Shown: positions 52,717-63,462, numbered from the stretch's first letter. The stretch: 64,000 nucleotides of DNA from Chloroflexota bacterium (GCA_963662335.2 CAXXVD010000001.1:576001-640000); one strand, 5' to 3'. Translations and numbers: made by a program. Notes: generated from the letters alone by a model not told the origin.

Positions 52717-53412
52717 TTATCGGCCGGTGGCGGCGCTCTCCACCTCAGCCAGCAGTTCGCCGCAGCGCGCCGCCACCCGCTCCACGATCGCGTTCACGAT
52801 CATGGCGCCCAGTTCCGGCGAGGCGTGCACGGAGGGGTCTTCGCCGCCGCAGCCTTGTTCCTTCATGGTCAGGTCCGTGCGGTAGCGGCTCATGTCGGTG
52901 AGTTCCGGGTGCAGGTGCATGAAGATCGAGGTCTCCCACTTGCCCGCGTGGTCGCCGGTGTAGCCGAGGTCTTTCACCACCTCGTATTCGGGAAACGCCC
53001 AGACCCGCACGTGGGGATGCTGGCGCTGGTACCATTCGGCCACCTCTTTGAGTCCGCGCACGTGCAACGAGCCGTAGTGGCCGGTGATGATGACGATGAC
53101 CTTGAAACCCTCGTCGTCCAGTTGCTCGATGAACTCCCGCGCCAGCGTGCGCACGGTCTCGTCGCGGAACTCCAGGGTGTGCTTGAAACCGGCGTGGGGC
53201 TTCATGGTCTGGAAGCCGCACCACACCACCGGCAGCGAGAGCGCGCCGGCCGCCTCGGCGCAGCGGTCGGCGATGCCCTGCGCCTTCAGCGCGTCCTGGC
53301 CGATTGCCATGTGGTAGCCGTGCCACTCGAACGCGCCCCACGGCAGGATGGCAATGGGCCGCGTCCGCAGTTGTTCCTCGATCTCGGCGGGCAACATGCG
53401 CTCGTATCTCAT
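52717..53412 (-). CDS. Creatininase family protein
   Basis: PWGAFEWHGYHMAIGQD, TGHYG, DHAGKWETS. Confidence 0.88.
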   Translation of the reverse strand: MRYERMLPAEIEEQLRTRPIAILPWGAFEWHGYHMAIGQDALKAQGIADRCAEAAGALSLPVVWCGFQTMKPHAGFKHTLEFRDETVRTLAREFIEQLDDEGFKVIVIITGHYGSLHVRGLKEVAEWYQRQHPHVRVWAFPEYEVVKDLGYTGDHAGKWETSIFMHLHPELTDMSRYRTDLTMKEQGCGGEDPSVHASPELGAMIVNAIVERVAARCGELLAEVESAATGR

Positions 53413-53646
53413 AGAGATTCCTTTCTCATGGCCTGAATGGTAGCAAGCTGAACTGTTCTATTTCCATAGAATTAGCAATACCGGCTCCGTCATTCCCGCG
53501 AAAGCGGGAATCCATCTTGGTCGGGCGCGGAGAAGATGGATTCCCGCTTTCGCGGGAATGACGGACAAGGAGCCTCAGCCCCTTCTTCACTCCCGTGCGC
53601 GGCTTGCGTTAAGGCGGAGAGGATTGCTCGCAAAGCGACGGCGCGC

Positions 53647-54330
53647 TCAATCCAACGCTTCCTGTCCCACCACCTGCGCCAGGGCCGCCGGCAGGCTGGC
53701 GATGTCGTCCGCCGTCACCCGCTCTTTAACCCGGTAGTCGGCCTTGCGCACGATCTCGCTCATCTGCTCCCGCACCGCGGCGATGCGCTTTTCCTGCACG
53801 CGCAGCAGGATATCCGTTGCCGCGCGCGCGGGCCGTGACGCAAGCACGGCGCGCAAGTGGAGCAAGCAAAGGCCGTCGGAATCCCCGTAGGTCTCCTGCG
53901 CTTCGCGGTCGCCGCGCAGCGTTTCCACCAGCAGGCCCAGGTGCCGTTGCTCGGCGTTGCTCTGCGCGTCGCAGCCCAGGCACGTGCCCTGCGGCGCCAG
54001 CCCCTTGCGCACCCGCGACGCCAGGCCGCGCAGAAAGCCCTGTTGCTCCTTGGCCGCGCCGATCTGCTGCGCCGCCTCGCCGAGGATGTCGAAATACGTC
54101 AAGGCCGTGCCCAGCGGGCTGTGCTTGTGGAAGAGCCGCCAGGTGTGGTGGTGGCAAAAGCCCTTGGCCGCGCGCACGAGTTCCCGGATCTCGATGTCGT
54201 TGACGTGCTCGTAGGAGTAGGTCTCCAGGAAGCGGTCGCCGCTGCGGATCGCCAGGCGGCAGACCGGACAGCCGGACTGGCGGACTGCCTCCAAGAGTTC
54301 ATAATAGGGAGTGTGCTTATCCGTAGACAC
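53647..54330 (-). CDS. Zinc-binding hypothetical protein (DUF6062-like)
   Basis: Duplicated CPVC..GFCHHH and CLGC..GLCLLH motifs. Confidence 0.7.
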   Translation of the reverse strand: MSTDKHTPYYELLEAVRQSGCPVCRLAIRSGDRFLETYSYEHVNDIEIRELVRAAKGFCHHHTWRLFHKHSPLGTALTYFDILGEAAQQIGAAKEQQGFLRGLASRVRKGLAPQGTCLGCDAQSNAEQRHLGLLVETLRGDREAQETYGDSDGLCLLHLRAVLASRPARAATDILLRVQEKRIAAVREQMSEIVRKADYRVKERVTADDIASLPAALAQVVGQEALD

Positions 54331-54780
54331 GGCTCATTCCAATGACGATGGCGCTCGCGGGACGCGGTGGTGCGAGTTCCCGTATAGAATAGCATGGACG
54401 CAAGTGGTTAGCGCGCCGGTGCGTAGCGAAGAAAATTGACTTCTGCCTACACGGGAGTTGTACGTGGCAGGCAATTCTTTGAAAGTCCTACGTAGAAAGA
54501 GCGGCGGACCAAGCGTCGCATTTACCAGTTCAAATCTCATGCCGAGTTGCATTGACAATTACGTCTGTCATTCCGAACGGAGCGCAGCGGAGTGAGGAAT
54601 CTAGAATGCTGCGGCCACTAGACCGTACGCACCGGTGGCGCTAGATTCCTCGCTGCGCTCGGAATGACATACGTTGTCAATACTTTCTGGCGTGCAGGAG
54701 ATACTGCCAGCGACGTGCTTGGCGCTTGCGGCAGTGACCAGGAACATCGTTCATCCATGGTATAAGGAGGACCAGCCCAC

Positions 54781-55854
54781 ATGCAGACGTATGAAATCGC
54801 CGTCATCGGCGGCGACGGCATCGGCCCGGACGTAATCGCCGCCGGCAAACAGGCGCTGGACGCCGCCGGCGCACTCACCGGCAGCTTTCGCCTGAACTAC
54901 ACCGATCTTCCTTGGGGCTGCGAATACTACCTGAAACACGACCGCATGATGCCCGCCGACGCGCTCCAGACCCTGGAGCAGTTTCAGGCCATCTATCTCG
55001 GCGCGGTGGGCTATCCCACGGTGCCCGACCACGTCTCGCTCTGGGGCTTGCTGCTGCCGATTCGCAAGGCGTTCCGGCAATACGTCAACCTGCGTCCCAT
55101 CAAGCTGCTGCGCGGCATCGACGGCCCGCTGCGCGGCAAGGGCCCGGCAGAGATTGACTTCGTCTGCGTCCGCGAGAACACCGAGGGCGAATACTCAGGC
55201 GTGGGCGGGCGCGTGCACGTGGGCGACGCGCATGAAGTGGCGGTGCAGTCAATCGTCTTCACCCGCGCGGCGGTGGAGCGCATCATCCGCTACGCTTTCG
55301 ACTACGCCCAGTCGCACGGGCGCGGCGGCGTCACCAGCATCACCAAGTCCAACGCCATGCAGTACAACATGGTCTTCTGGGACGAGGTTTTCTCGGAAGT
55401 GGCGGCGGACTACCCGGACATCGCGACGAGCAAATACCACGTGGACGCCGCCGCCGCGCGCTTCGTGACGCACCCGGAATCGTTCGACGTGGTAGTGGCC
55501 TCGAATCTCTTTGCCGACATCCTCACCGACCTGGGCGGCGCGTTGCAGGGCAGCCTGGGCCTGCCCCCCAGCGCCAACATCGACCCCACGCGCCGCTATC
55601 CGGCCATGTTCGAGCCGGTGCACGGCTCCGCGCCGGACATCCATGGCCGGAATATCGCCAATCCGCTGGCGGCAATCTGGGCCGGGGCGATGATGCTGGA
55701 CTACCTGGGCGAGCGCGAGGCCGGGCAACTGGTGATGGACGCCATGGAAACGGTGACGGCCGCCGGCGCCGCGCGCACGCCCGACCTAGGCGGCACGGCG
55801 ACTACGCAGGAGGTTACCAACGCCGTGGCGCGGGCCTTGCAGCAAGCGCGGTAG
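54781..55854 (+). CDS. Tartrate dehydrogenase / D-malate dehydrogenase (decarboxylating)
   Basis: IAVIGGDGIGP, PDHVSLWGLLLPIR, RENTEGEY, TKSNA..WDE, SNLFADILTD, FEPVHGSAPDI. Confidence 0.9.
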   Translation: MQTYEIAVIGGDGIGPDVIAAGKQALDAAGALTGSFRLNYTDLPWGCEYYLKHDRMMPADALQTLEQFQAIYLGAVGYPTVPDHVSLWGLLLPIRKAFRQYVNLRPIKLLRGIDGPLRGKGPAEIDFVCVRENTEGEYSGVGGRVHVGDAHEVAVQSIVFTRAAVERIIRYAFDYAQSHGRGGVTSITKSNAMQYNMVFWDEVFSEVAADYPDIATSKYHVDAAAARFVTHPESFDVVVASNLFADILTDLGGALQGSLGLPPSANIDPTRRYPAMFEPVHGSAPDIHGRNIANPLAAIWAGAMMLDYLGEREAGQLVMDAMETVTAAGAARTPDLGGTATTQEVTNAVARALQQAR

Positions 55855-55879
55855 CGCGTCCGGCGGCTGCGCGCACGCG

Positions 55880-56149
55880 CTACTTGCTCACGCGAACGGC
55901 AACGACGTCGATCCCATAGTATTTGCGGTGGCGCACCGAGGCCGCGTAGTGTTGCAGGATGCGCATCGAAAACTCCTGGGCCTCCTCAAGCGCGGCGTCC
56001 TCGTTGAGGTAGGCCAATTGGTCTTCGATGTTTCCCGTGACCGTATCGTCCGCAAAGACGACGAATTCAACCTCGGCGGTTTCTCCTTCCGGCTGCACGG
56101 TAGCTGCCACCGTACGCTTCGCTTGTTCCGCTTCCTCACCAGCGTTCAA
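55880..56149 (-). CDS. Small acidic hypothetical protein
   Basis: Fills the gap between convergent genes with a plausible amino-acid composition; no family recognised. Confidence 0.5.
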   Translation of the reverse strand: MNAGEEAEQAKRTVAATVQPEGETAEVEFVVFADDTVTGNIEDQLAYLNEDAALEEAQEFSMRILQHYAASVRHRKYYGIDVVAVRVSK

Positions 56150-56298
56150 AACTATCCATTGAGCACGATACGGTGTACGTCACCAAACTATACATCACTA
56201 CAAACCGTGCGGCGCAATACGCGCCGCCTTCCCTGTTTCCCTGGATAACCTACCCTTTCAGTGTCCCTGGGAGAAAGGGAAAGCTGCGCTGCGCTGCC

Positions 56299-57573
56299 CT
56301 AGAACGCCACCGGCTCGCGGAGGCCCGCCAGCATTTCAATTGCCGCCTGCCGGATCAGGGGTTCGCTGGCGGGCGCAATTGCCGCCAGGTTCGGTTCCAT
56401 GCCGCCCTGGTCGAAGGCTTCCGGCGTGGGCACGTAGGCCACCTCCCGCGTGGGACGGCTAATGACGACGGTGTGCCGGAACGGCGACGCCGCCTTGATC
56501 GCCAGCGCCGTATCGTGGAACAACTCGCCCGGCATGTGGATGAGCGCGGTATCGCCCAGCGTGACCGCCTTGATCGGGTAGCGGATGGTGGGATTGCGCT
56601 CGTACCACTCGTAGAGGAAGCGGTGGTAGCGGTTGTGCATGGCCTTGAAGTTGAAGCGCATCTCTTCCGGTTCTTCCGGCCACACCCGCGCCGGGACTTC
56701 TACTTCGCGGACGTGGACGTCCAGAGTTGGTGAACTATCCGGCCTAATTTGCTCGAAGACGTAGAGCGCCTGCGCGCCGACGGAGCGGCCGATCCGCCGT
56801 GCCGCCAGACCGTCGCGCTCGATGGGCACCACGTCGCCCAACCCGCCCTGGGCAAAGACGATCGGCAGTCCGGCCACCTCGCCAAAGACGTCCGCCACGT
56901 AGCGGGGATAATCGGCGGAGACGCCGCCGTACTTGTCGGTGGAGCAGAGCGCGTGGCAGCCAAAGTTGACGAACGCGCCAATGGCCTCACCGTCCAGCGA
57001 GTCAAAGCGCAGCACGCTCACCTCGTCGTCCTTGCCCTGCTCGCGCCACGCCGGGTCCGGCGGCGCTTCCTGGCGGTTGAAGACCATGTGCACCGTGCCG
57101 TCGGGCTTGATGAAGCGGCGGTTGTAGCACACGTCGGGCGCGTGCCCCCCACGAGAGGCCATCCGCACCGGCCGGAGCATACCGAACGCCTCCAGGATGC
57201 CGTCCGCGATGCGCGCGCTGATTTCGTCCTCATAGTCCTCGATGATGAGGTCCTGGGCGAAGATCATGATGTACGCGCCGTAGTTGGAGATGGGCGTGGA
57301 GCCGATGTGGGACGGACAGAAGAGCGTGGGAAAGGGCGCGATGCCGCGCGCCTGCAAGGCCGCGGCCACTTTTTCGTCGAAGCCGATGCCGAGTTCGAAG
57401 GCGTCCACCGCGACGATAGCGGCCGATTCGTCACCGTCTTGCAGCAGCAGAATCCGCGCCTTGAGCGGATCGTAGACCGGATAGCTGCGGCTCTTGCGCG
57501 TGCCGTTAGCCGCGGCGGCCTGGTCGGGCGTGATGTCTACGGCGGTAAATGCGGCGTGCAGGCGTGCGCTCAT
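56299..57573 (-). CDS. Neutral/alkaline ceramidase N-terminal-like metallohydrolase
   Basis: VDITP, YDPLKARIL, NRR, NFGCHA, SADYP, QGGLGD, PGELF, YVPTPEAF..GGME; GGAGAGGAG RBS before ATG 57573. Confidence 0.72.
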   Translation of the reverse strand: MSARLHAAFTAVDITPDQAAAANGTRKSRSYPVYDPLKARILLLQDGDESAAIVAVDAFELGIGFDEKVAAALQARGIAPFPTLFCPSHIGSTPISNYGAYIMIFAQDLIIEDYEDEISARIADGILEAFGMLRPVRMASRGGHAPDVCYNRRFIKPDGTVHMVFNRQEAPPDPAWREQGKDDEVSVLRFDSLDGEAIGAFVNFGCHALCSTDKYGGVSADYPRYVADVFGEVAGLPIVFAQGGLGDVVPIERDGLAARRIGRSVGAQALYVFEQIRPDSSPTLDVHVREVEVPARVWPEEPEEMRFNFKAMHNRYHRFLYEWYERNPTIRYPIKAVTLGDTALIHMPGELFHDTALAIKAASPFRHTVVISRPTREVAYVPTPEAFDQGGMEPNLAAIAPASEPLIRQAAIEMLAGLREPVAF

Positions 57574-57638
57574 GGGTGCTCTCCTCTCCATTGCGTGGGC
57601 GTACGTAGACAATTCTACTCCATCAGTACCAATTCCCT

Positions 57639-59390
57639 CTACGTTTCTGCCCCCTTTATGCCCTCATTCGAATCGTCGTGACTTGTGTCGGTATTCCCTT
57701 CATCACGCCCATTCCCAACCGGAACGAGCGCCGCTGCGATGCGATCTAGTTTCTCATGGACTTCCGGATGGATTTCGTCTACCTGCATGGCGTCGGCTAG
57801 CAGGTACATGTCCTTCTTGGGCGTCTCCTTACCCAATGACATCAGGAGCGGGCTCAAGAATTCGTCGCTCGCTTTGACGCGCACCAGCGAAACGTGGTCA
57901 CCGAATAACTCGGTTTCCGGCGGTACCTGTTTCCAAAACGCCGTATCGACCTGCTGGCCCAGCAGCGGATGCTTGGGGAAGGCAAAGCGCTTGATCGCCG
58001 CGGGATGCAAGAGGTAGTTCTCGATTTCGTAGCGGCGCCAGCGCAAAACAACCAGACCCGCGCGGGTCATCTCCTCATCATGCTCATCCAGGTTGTCGCC
58101 GTCCAGCAGACAGAGGCCGCGTATGTCTGGAAAGGCTGCCTGCATGGCAAAGAAGTGCGCTTTCGCTTCACGCAGGCTTCTGCCGCCAAGCCAGTGCACG
58201 AATGGCCTATCCAAGAACCGGCGCGCCGGGTGAGCGAGCGTGCGCGCCCACTCGCCCAGAATCTTCTCGTCCGACTCGCTCTCGACGTAGAGCACTCCCC
58301 CTACTTCCCGGGCCAGGAGTAGGTCGGTAGTGGTGAGCCGCTTGAGCGCCTCGCGGAGTTGGTCGCGCTCAGTTTGGCTGGCAAGGGCGCGGGGGGCATC
58401 CCCAAAGAATCCCAGCACTCGAGCCGGTTCCGTGGCATCGATAACGGCCTCGGAGTGGGTGGCCACGATGACCTGACCGCCCCGTTCGCGGGCAACCTTG
58501 CGAACCAGGTCATACACTTGCTTCTGCAAGATGACGTGCTGATGCGCATCCGGTTCATCGAGCAAGATGACGGTCGCCGGCCGCGCGTACAGGAACGCGA
58601 AGAGGAGGAGCACCTGGAGCGTGCCGCTGCCCGCATTGGAGAGGTCCAGGGGCCGCGCGCCCGCTCTTTCGCGGTATTCGCAGACGATGAACGGCTGGGC
58701 CGGCGCGTACACCGGCCTGACCAATTCAATGCCAAAGAGGTTGTGCACGTGCCCGGCGAGGGACCGCCAATTCTCTCCATCGTCACTGTCGGCGATTTCC
58801 AGCAGAAGATTCCGCAGGATGTCGCCCGGCCGGCCTTGCCCCACTAGCAAGTCCTGCATGCCGCGGTCGCGGCGGGGCTCGTCACGCTCGATTCCCGATA
58901 GCGGGGGAACGTGAACGATGTCAAGGCCTTTTGCCGTCTCCGCGGGAAATGCCAAAATGGCGTCGCGGTCAAGATTCTTAGCGCCATGCGGTCTCACGTA
59001 GACCATTTCGGGGCTCGTATATTGAAACTCGATGCCGCACGTCCACCGCTCGTCACCCGCCTGTCCCTCCAAGATGATCTCTATCAAGCGGGGCGTGCCG
59101 GCCATGCCTTTGGGTCCGGTGACCCGCCGATCCTCCCACAGCAAGTTCATCTCCCGCAGCGGCGCCGCGGTGAAGTCGGCGCGCGGTATGGCGACACCCG
59201 TGCGCCGCGCCGCCCGGCTGTCGCCCCGTTGCGATACCCAGCGGTCCAGGCCCACCTTCCAGGACGCGATCGCCTGCAGCAGCGTAGACTTGCCGGTGTT
59301 GTTCGGCCCGGCCAGCACGACCGAGTCCGCCAGAGCGAACGTCTGCTCGCGAAAGCGTTTGAAGTGCCTGATCTTTACGCGCTGAATCAT
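57639..59390 (-). CDS. ABC-type (AAA_15/AAA_21-like) ATPase fused to a TOPRIM-like nuclease domain (OLD/PARIS-like)
   Basis: IRHFKRF, GPNNTGKSTLLQ, GSGTLQ, LLDEPDAH, ATHS; then YVESESD, LLDGD and RYEIENYLL. Confidence 0.78.
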   Translation of the reverse strand: MIQRVKIRHFKRFREQTFALADSVVLAGPNNTGKSTLLQAIASWKVGLDRWVSQRGDSRAARRTGVAIPRADFTAAPLREMNLLWEDRRVTGPKGMAGTPRLIEIILEGQAGDERWTCGIEFQYTSPEMVYVRPHGAKNLDRDAILAFPAETAKGLDIVHVPPLSGIERDEPRRDRGMQDLLVGQGRPGDILRNLLLEIADSDDGENWRSLAGHVHNLFGIELVRPVYAPAQPFIVCEYRERAGARPLDLSNAGSGTLQVLLLFAFLYARPATVILLDEPDAHQHVILQKQVYDLVRKVARERGGQVIVATHSEAVIDATEPARVLGFFGDAPRALASQTERDQLREALKRLTTTDLLLAREVGGVLYVESESDEKILGEWARTLAHPARRFLDRPFVHWLGGRSLREAKAHFFAMQAAFPDIRGLCLLDGDNLDEHDEEMTRAGLVVLRWRRYEIENYLLHPAAIKRFAFPKHPLLGQQVDTAFWKQVPPETELFGDHVSLVRVKASDEFLSPLLMSLGKETPKKDMYLLADAMQVDEIHPEVHEKLDRIAAALVPVGNGRDEGNTDTSHDDSNEGIKGAET

Positions 59391-59543
59391 CGCATAGCTC
59401 CCTGGTCTTTCCACAGTATAGCAGTACAACTACCCGCCACCGCCGTGGTTTGCGCAGAGCGGCAGGGTAGATATGCCACACCCGCCGGGCCGCTCGCCTA
59501 TAATGAGAGGAAGCAATTTCACACTGGATGGGAAGAAGAACCT

Positions 59544-60755
59544 GTGCAGAAGCGCGTGTTGGTGCTGGGTTCCACCGGCTCGATCGGTCGGCAGACGCTG
59601 GACGTGATCCGCGCCAATCCGAGCGCGTTCACCGTGGCCGGCCTGGCGGCGGGCCGGAACGTGGACGCGCTGGCGGCGCAGATTGCCGAGTTTCAGCCGC
59701 CGGCGGCGTACTGCAGCGACGGCGGCGCGGCGGGACGCGTGAGCGACGGCACACGAATCTTTTCGGGCGCTGACGGCCTTACCCAGCTTGTGTGGGCGGT
59801 GGGCGCCGACGTGGTCGTGGTGGGCACGCCGGGCCTGGCCGCCGCGCGCGCGGTCATGGCCGCGTTGGAGCGCGGGCTGGACGTGGCGCTGGCGAACAAG
59901 GAAATCCTGGTCATGGCCGGTGACCTGGTGATGCAGACCGCCGCGGCCCACGGCGCCGCCGTCCTGCCGACCGACAGCGAGCACAGTGCCGTCTGGCAGT
60001 GCCTGCGCGGCGAGGACGAAACGGCAGTCCGGCGGCTCATCCTGGCCGCCTCCGGCGGTCCCTTCCGCACGGCTTCAGAGCGGGAACTGGCAGACGTGAC
60101 GCCGGCGCAGGCCCTGCAACATCCCACGTGGTCCATGGGCGCGAAGATAACCGTCGATTCCGCCACGCTGCTCAACAAGGGCCTGGAAGTCATCGAGGCG
60201 CACTGGCTGTTCGGCCTGCCGTATGCGCAGATCGAGGTGGTGATACACCCGCAGAGCATCGTGCACGCGCTGGTCGAGTTCGCGGACGGCGCGGTGAAAG
60301 CGCAACTGAGCCACCCCGACATGCGCTTGCCCATTCAACACGCGCTGAGCTACCCGGCGCGGCTGCCGACGCCCTGGGGCGGCCTGGACTTCGCCCGCGC
60401 GCCGGTGCTGGAGTTCTTTGCGCCGGATGACGGCCGGTTTCCCTGCCTCGCCCTGGCGCGGCAGGCGGCGGAAACCGGCGGCACCGCGCCTACCGCGCTC
60501 TGCGCCGCCGACCAGGCGGCGGTGGAACTCTTCCTGGCGGGCAAGATCGGCTTTCTGGATATTCCCCGCCTGATCGCGGGAGCGTTGGCTGACCACGCGA
60601 GCGCGCCGGTGGAGTCGGTGGACCACGTGCTGACGGTTGCTGAGGAAACGCGGCGGCGGCTCTTGGAAAGGGCGCGCGCGACTTCCGTCACGCCGGCGAA
60701 AGCCGGAGTCCAGGTTGCGCCCGGCGAGGATGGATTCCCGCTTGCGCGGGAATGA
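59544..60755 (+). CDS. dxr: 1-deoxy-D-xylulose-5-phosphate reductoisomerase
   Basis: VLGSTGSIG, LANKE, PTDSEHSA, SGGPF, HPTWSMGAKITVDSAT, NKGLEVIEA, HPQSIVH, PDMRLPI. GTG start at 59544. Confidence 0.97.
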   Translation: MQKRVLVLGSTGSIGRQTLDVIRANPSAFTVAGLAAGRNVDALAAQIAEFQPPAAYCSDGGAAGRVSDGTRIFSGADGLTQLVWAVGADVVVVGTPGLAAARAVMAALERGLDVALANKEILVMAGDLVMQTAAAHGAAVLPTDSEHSAVWQCLRGEDETAVRRLILAASGGPFRTASERELADVTPAQALQHPTWSMGAKITVDSATLLNKGLEVIEAHWLFGLPYAQIEVVIHPQSIVHALVEFADGAVKAQLSHPDMRLPIQHALSYPARLPTPWGGLDFARAPVLEFFAPDDGRFPCLALARQAAETGGTAPTALCAADQAAVELFLAGKIGFLDIPRLIAGALADHASAPVESVDHVLTVAEETRRRLLERARATSVTPAKAGVQVAPGEDGFPLARE

Positions 60756-61094
60756 CGGAGGTCGGCATTCTAATCTCATAATAATCACCTTGGCCTAGCC
60801 CAGACCGCACATGGGCTCAACACGTGAAGGACATGACAAATGAAATCCCCTCTCTCCGTTCGTGCTGAGTGCTGCGCGAAGCCCTTGTCGAAGCATGAAC
60901 GGAGAGAGGGGCGGGTAGAGCCACCACCCATCTACGCCGCCGTTCACCCTTCGACGCCGCTCAGGGCGAACGGCTTGGTTAGGCTGCTTTCGCGGGAATG
61001 ACGGAGAGGTAGATACGGAAAAGGAATGACGGATAAACTATGACGGAGTGGAAATGACGCAATCCGGATCTCAATACCAGGAGCGGTGTGAATA

Positions 61095-62123
61095 GTGGCG
61101 CTCACTATCCTTGCCTTCTTGTCCGTCCTCTCCTTTCTCGTGCTGGTGCATGAGCTTGGGCACTTCGTGGCGGCGCGGCGCGTGGGCATTCGCGTCGTGG
61201 AGTTTGGCATCGGCTGGCCGCCGCGGCTCGTCTCACGCCGGGTGGGCGACACTCTCGTCTCGCTCAACCTGCTGCCCTTGGGCGGCTTCGTGCGCATGTT
61301 TGGCGAGTTTGGCGGCACGGAGCCCGGCAGTTTCATGAGCAAGCGGCCGGCGGAGCGCGCGGTGGTCATCCTGGCCGGCGTGGCCATGAACTTCGCGATC
61401 GCGCCGGTGCTCTTTGCCCTGGCTTTCATGGTCGGGGAGCCGGTGTACACCGACCGCGTCTTCGTGGGGGAAGTGGTAGCGGATAGTCCGGCGGCCGCGG
61501 TTGACATCCAGGCGGGCGACCAAATCCTGACAATCAACGGGGCCGTCTTCACCGCGCCGGCGCAGATCAGCGTGGAGATCGAGCGCACGCCGGAGGGCGC
61601 GCCCCTACGCCTGACAATCGCGCGTGAGGGCCGCGAGCGCAGCCTGCGCGTCGTGCCCGCCTACAACCCGCAACTGGAACGCCGCACCATTGGCGTCGTC
61701 CTGCGGCCGGAGCAGACCGTCACCCGCCACCCGCCTTGGCAAGCGGCCTGGCTCGGCATTGAGCGCACCGGCTACGTCTTCAAGCTCATTGGCATCGGCG
61801 TCGCCGCCTTGATTAGCGGCGAGGAGGAAGCGGACCTGATAGGCCCGGTGGGAATCGCGTCCTTGACGGGGCAGATTGCCCGCGCCGGTCTCTACCAACT
61901 GCTGACGTTTACCGGATTCTTGAGCCTGAACTTAGGCATCATCAACTTGCTCCCGTTCCCCGGCCTGGACGGCGCCCGGTTCGTCTTCACCGTGGTTGAG
62001 ATGGTGCGGGGACGTCCGATCAATCCGAGACGTGAGGCGCTGATCAATTTGGCGGGCATCGTCATCCTGCTGGCGCTGATCGTGTTCATCACCTATCGTG
62101 ACATCGCGCGGCTGTTGGGGTAG
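61095..62123 (+). CDS. rseP: RIP metalloprotease RseP (M50 family, PDZ domain)
   Basis: HELGH, LPLGGFVRM, AGVAMN, PDZ segment, NLLPFPGLDG; follows dxr. Confidence 0.92.
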   Translation: MALTILAFLSVLSFLVLVHELGHFVAARRVGIRVVEFGIGWPPRLVSRRVGDTLVSLNLLPLGGFVRMFGEFGGTEPGSFMSKRPAERAVVILAGVAMNFAIAPVLFALAFMVGEPVYTDRVFVGEVVADSPAAAVDIQAGDQILTINGAVFTAPAQISVEIERTPEGAPLRLTIAREGRERSLRVVPAYNPQLERRTIGVVLRPEQTVTRHPPWQAAWLGIERTGYVFKLIGIGVAALISGEEEADLIGPVGIASLTGQIARAGLYQLLTFTGFLSLNLGIINLLPFPGLDGARFVFTVVEMVRGRPINPRREALINLAGIVILLALIVFITYRDIARLLG

Positions 62124-62188
62124 CGCGGTGTGCTACAATGTGAGCGCCGTTTCACCGGCCGAGGGCGCAGCGCAGGGGTTCAAGGCGT

Positions 62189-63334
62189 GTGTCACAGGTG
62201 TTTTCCTTTCGGATTCCACAAGTCTTCCACGTCGGGCCCGGCGTTCACGCCCGCCTGCCGGAACTGGTGCGCGCGCATGAGCCTGAGCGCGTCCTGCTCG
62301 TCACGGATCCCGGCCTGGTGGCGGCCGGCATCGCGCCGGCGGTGGAAGGCGCGCTGACCGGCGCCGGCCTGGCGGTGGCGGTCTACCAGGACATTCCGCC
62401 GGAACCGCATCTGGCGGACGTGGAACGCTGCCGCGCCTTCGGCGCCGCGCAAGGCGCGAGGGTGGTGGTGGGCGTGGGCGGCGGCAGCGTGCTCGACGCC
62501 GCCAAGATCGTGAGCGGCTTTGCGGCGTGCGCCGGGCCGCTGGAGCGTTGGCTCGATAGTGAAGACGAGACCCTCCCGCCGGGATTGCCGCTCTTTCTGC
62601 TGCCGACGACGGCCGGTTCCGGCGCGGAAGCCACGGCCGGCGCGATCGTTACCCATCGAGAGCGCAAGCGCCGCCTGGTGGGACACTGCCCCTCGCCGGT
62701 GGTTGCCCTGATCGACCCGACGTTCACCCGCAGCCTGCCGCCCCACGTGACGCTGGCCAGCGGCCTGGACGCCCTGACCCACGCCATAGAATCCTATGCG
62801 GCCCGGCGCGCCAGCCCGATGAGCCAACTCTACTCGCGGCAAGCCTTTCGCCAGATCGTGGCGTGGCTGCCCCGCGCGCTGGCAGACGGGGACGATCTGG
62901 CCGCGCGCGGCAGCCTGGCGCAGGCGGCCTTGTACGCCGGCATCGCGGTGGCGAACGCCGGCGCGGGGGCGGTGCACGCGCTGGCCTATCCGCTGGGCGG
63001 CCAGTCTACCGCGCTGTCCCACGGCTTTGCCAACGCCATTCTGCTGCCGCACGTGCTGCGGCGGAACGCGGCCGCCTGCCCCGAAGCCTACGCGGGCCTC
63101 TGCGCTGCGGATACCGCGCCCGGCGCGCGGCCACAGGCCAACGCCGCGCTCGACGCGGTGCAGGCGCTGCTCGCGGCGCTCCGCGCGCCCGCGCGGCTTG
63201 CCGACTTTGGCGTCCAGCGGGCCGCCTTGCCCGCGCTGGCGCAAGAGGCCCACACCATCCAGCGGCTCCTGGATAACAACGTCCGCGACTTTAACATTGG
63301 AGAAATCGAAGCGCTCTACACAGCCGCGTGGTAA
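62189..63334 (+). CDS. Iron-containing alcohol dehydrogenase
   Basis: VGGGSVLDAAK, PTTAGSGAE, GLDALTHAIE, HALAYPL, HGFANA. Confidence 0.93.
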   Translation: MSQVFSFRIPQVFHVGPGVHARLPELVRAHEPERVLLVTDPGLVAAGIAPAVEGALTGAGLAVAVYQDIPPEPHLADVERCRAFGAAQGARVVVGVGGGSVLDAAKIVSGFAACAGPLERWLDSEDETLPPGLPLFLLPTTAGSGAEATAGAIVTHRERKRRLVGHCPSPVVALIDPTFTRSLPPHVTLASGLDALTHAIESYAARRASPMSQLYSRQAFRQIVAWLPRALADGDDLAARGSLAQAALYAGIAVANAGAGAVHALAYPLGGQSTALSHGFANAILLPHVLRRNAAACPEAYAGLCAADTAPGARPQANAALDAVQALLAALRAPARLADFGVQRAALPALAQEAHTIQRLLDNNVRDFNIGEIEALYTAAW

Positions 63335-63462
63335 CCGCGCGACAGCCGCGCTACTCTCGTACTAGCAGTCAACCTCCGTTCGTTCTGAGCCGGTCGCGGG
63401 ATGAATGGATACACAGCACACATCCGCCACGTACACAGACACACCCATACGCATTGCCCAAT

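Noticed and set aside
54334-54560. tRNA/ncRNA or small ORF upstream of the DUF6062-like gene
   Set aside because: No cloverleaf or recognisable riboswitch, and the 74-aa ORF has no recognisable features.
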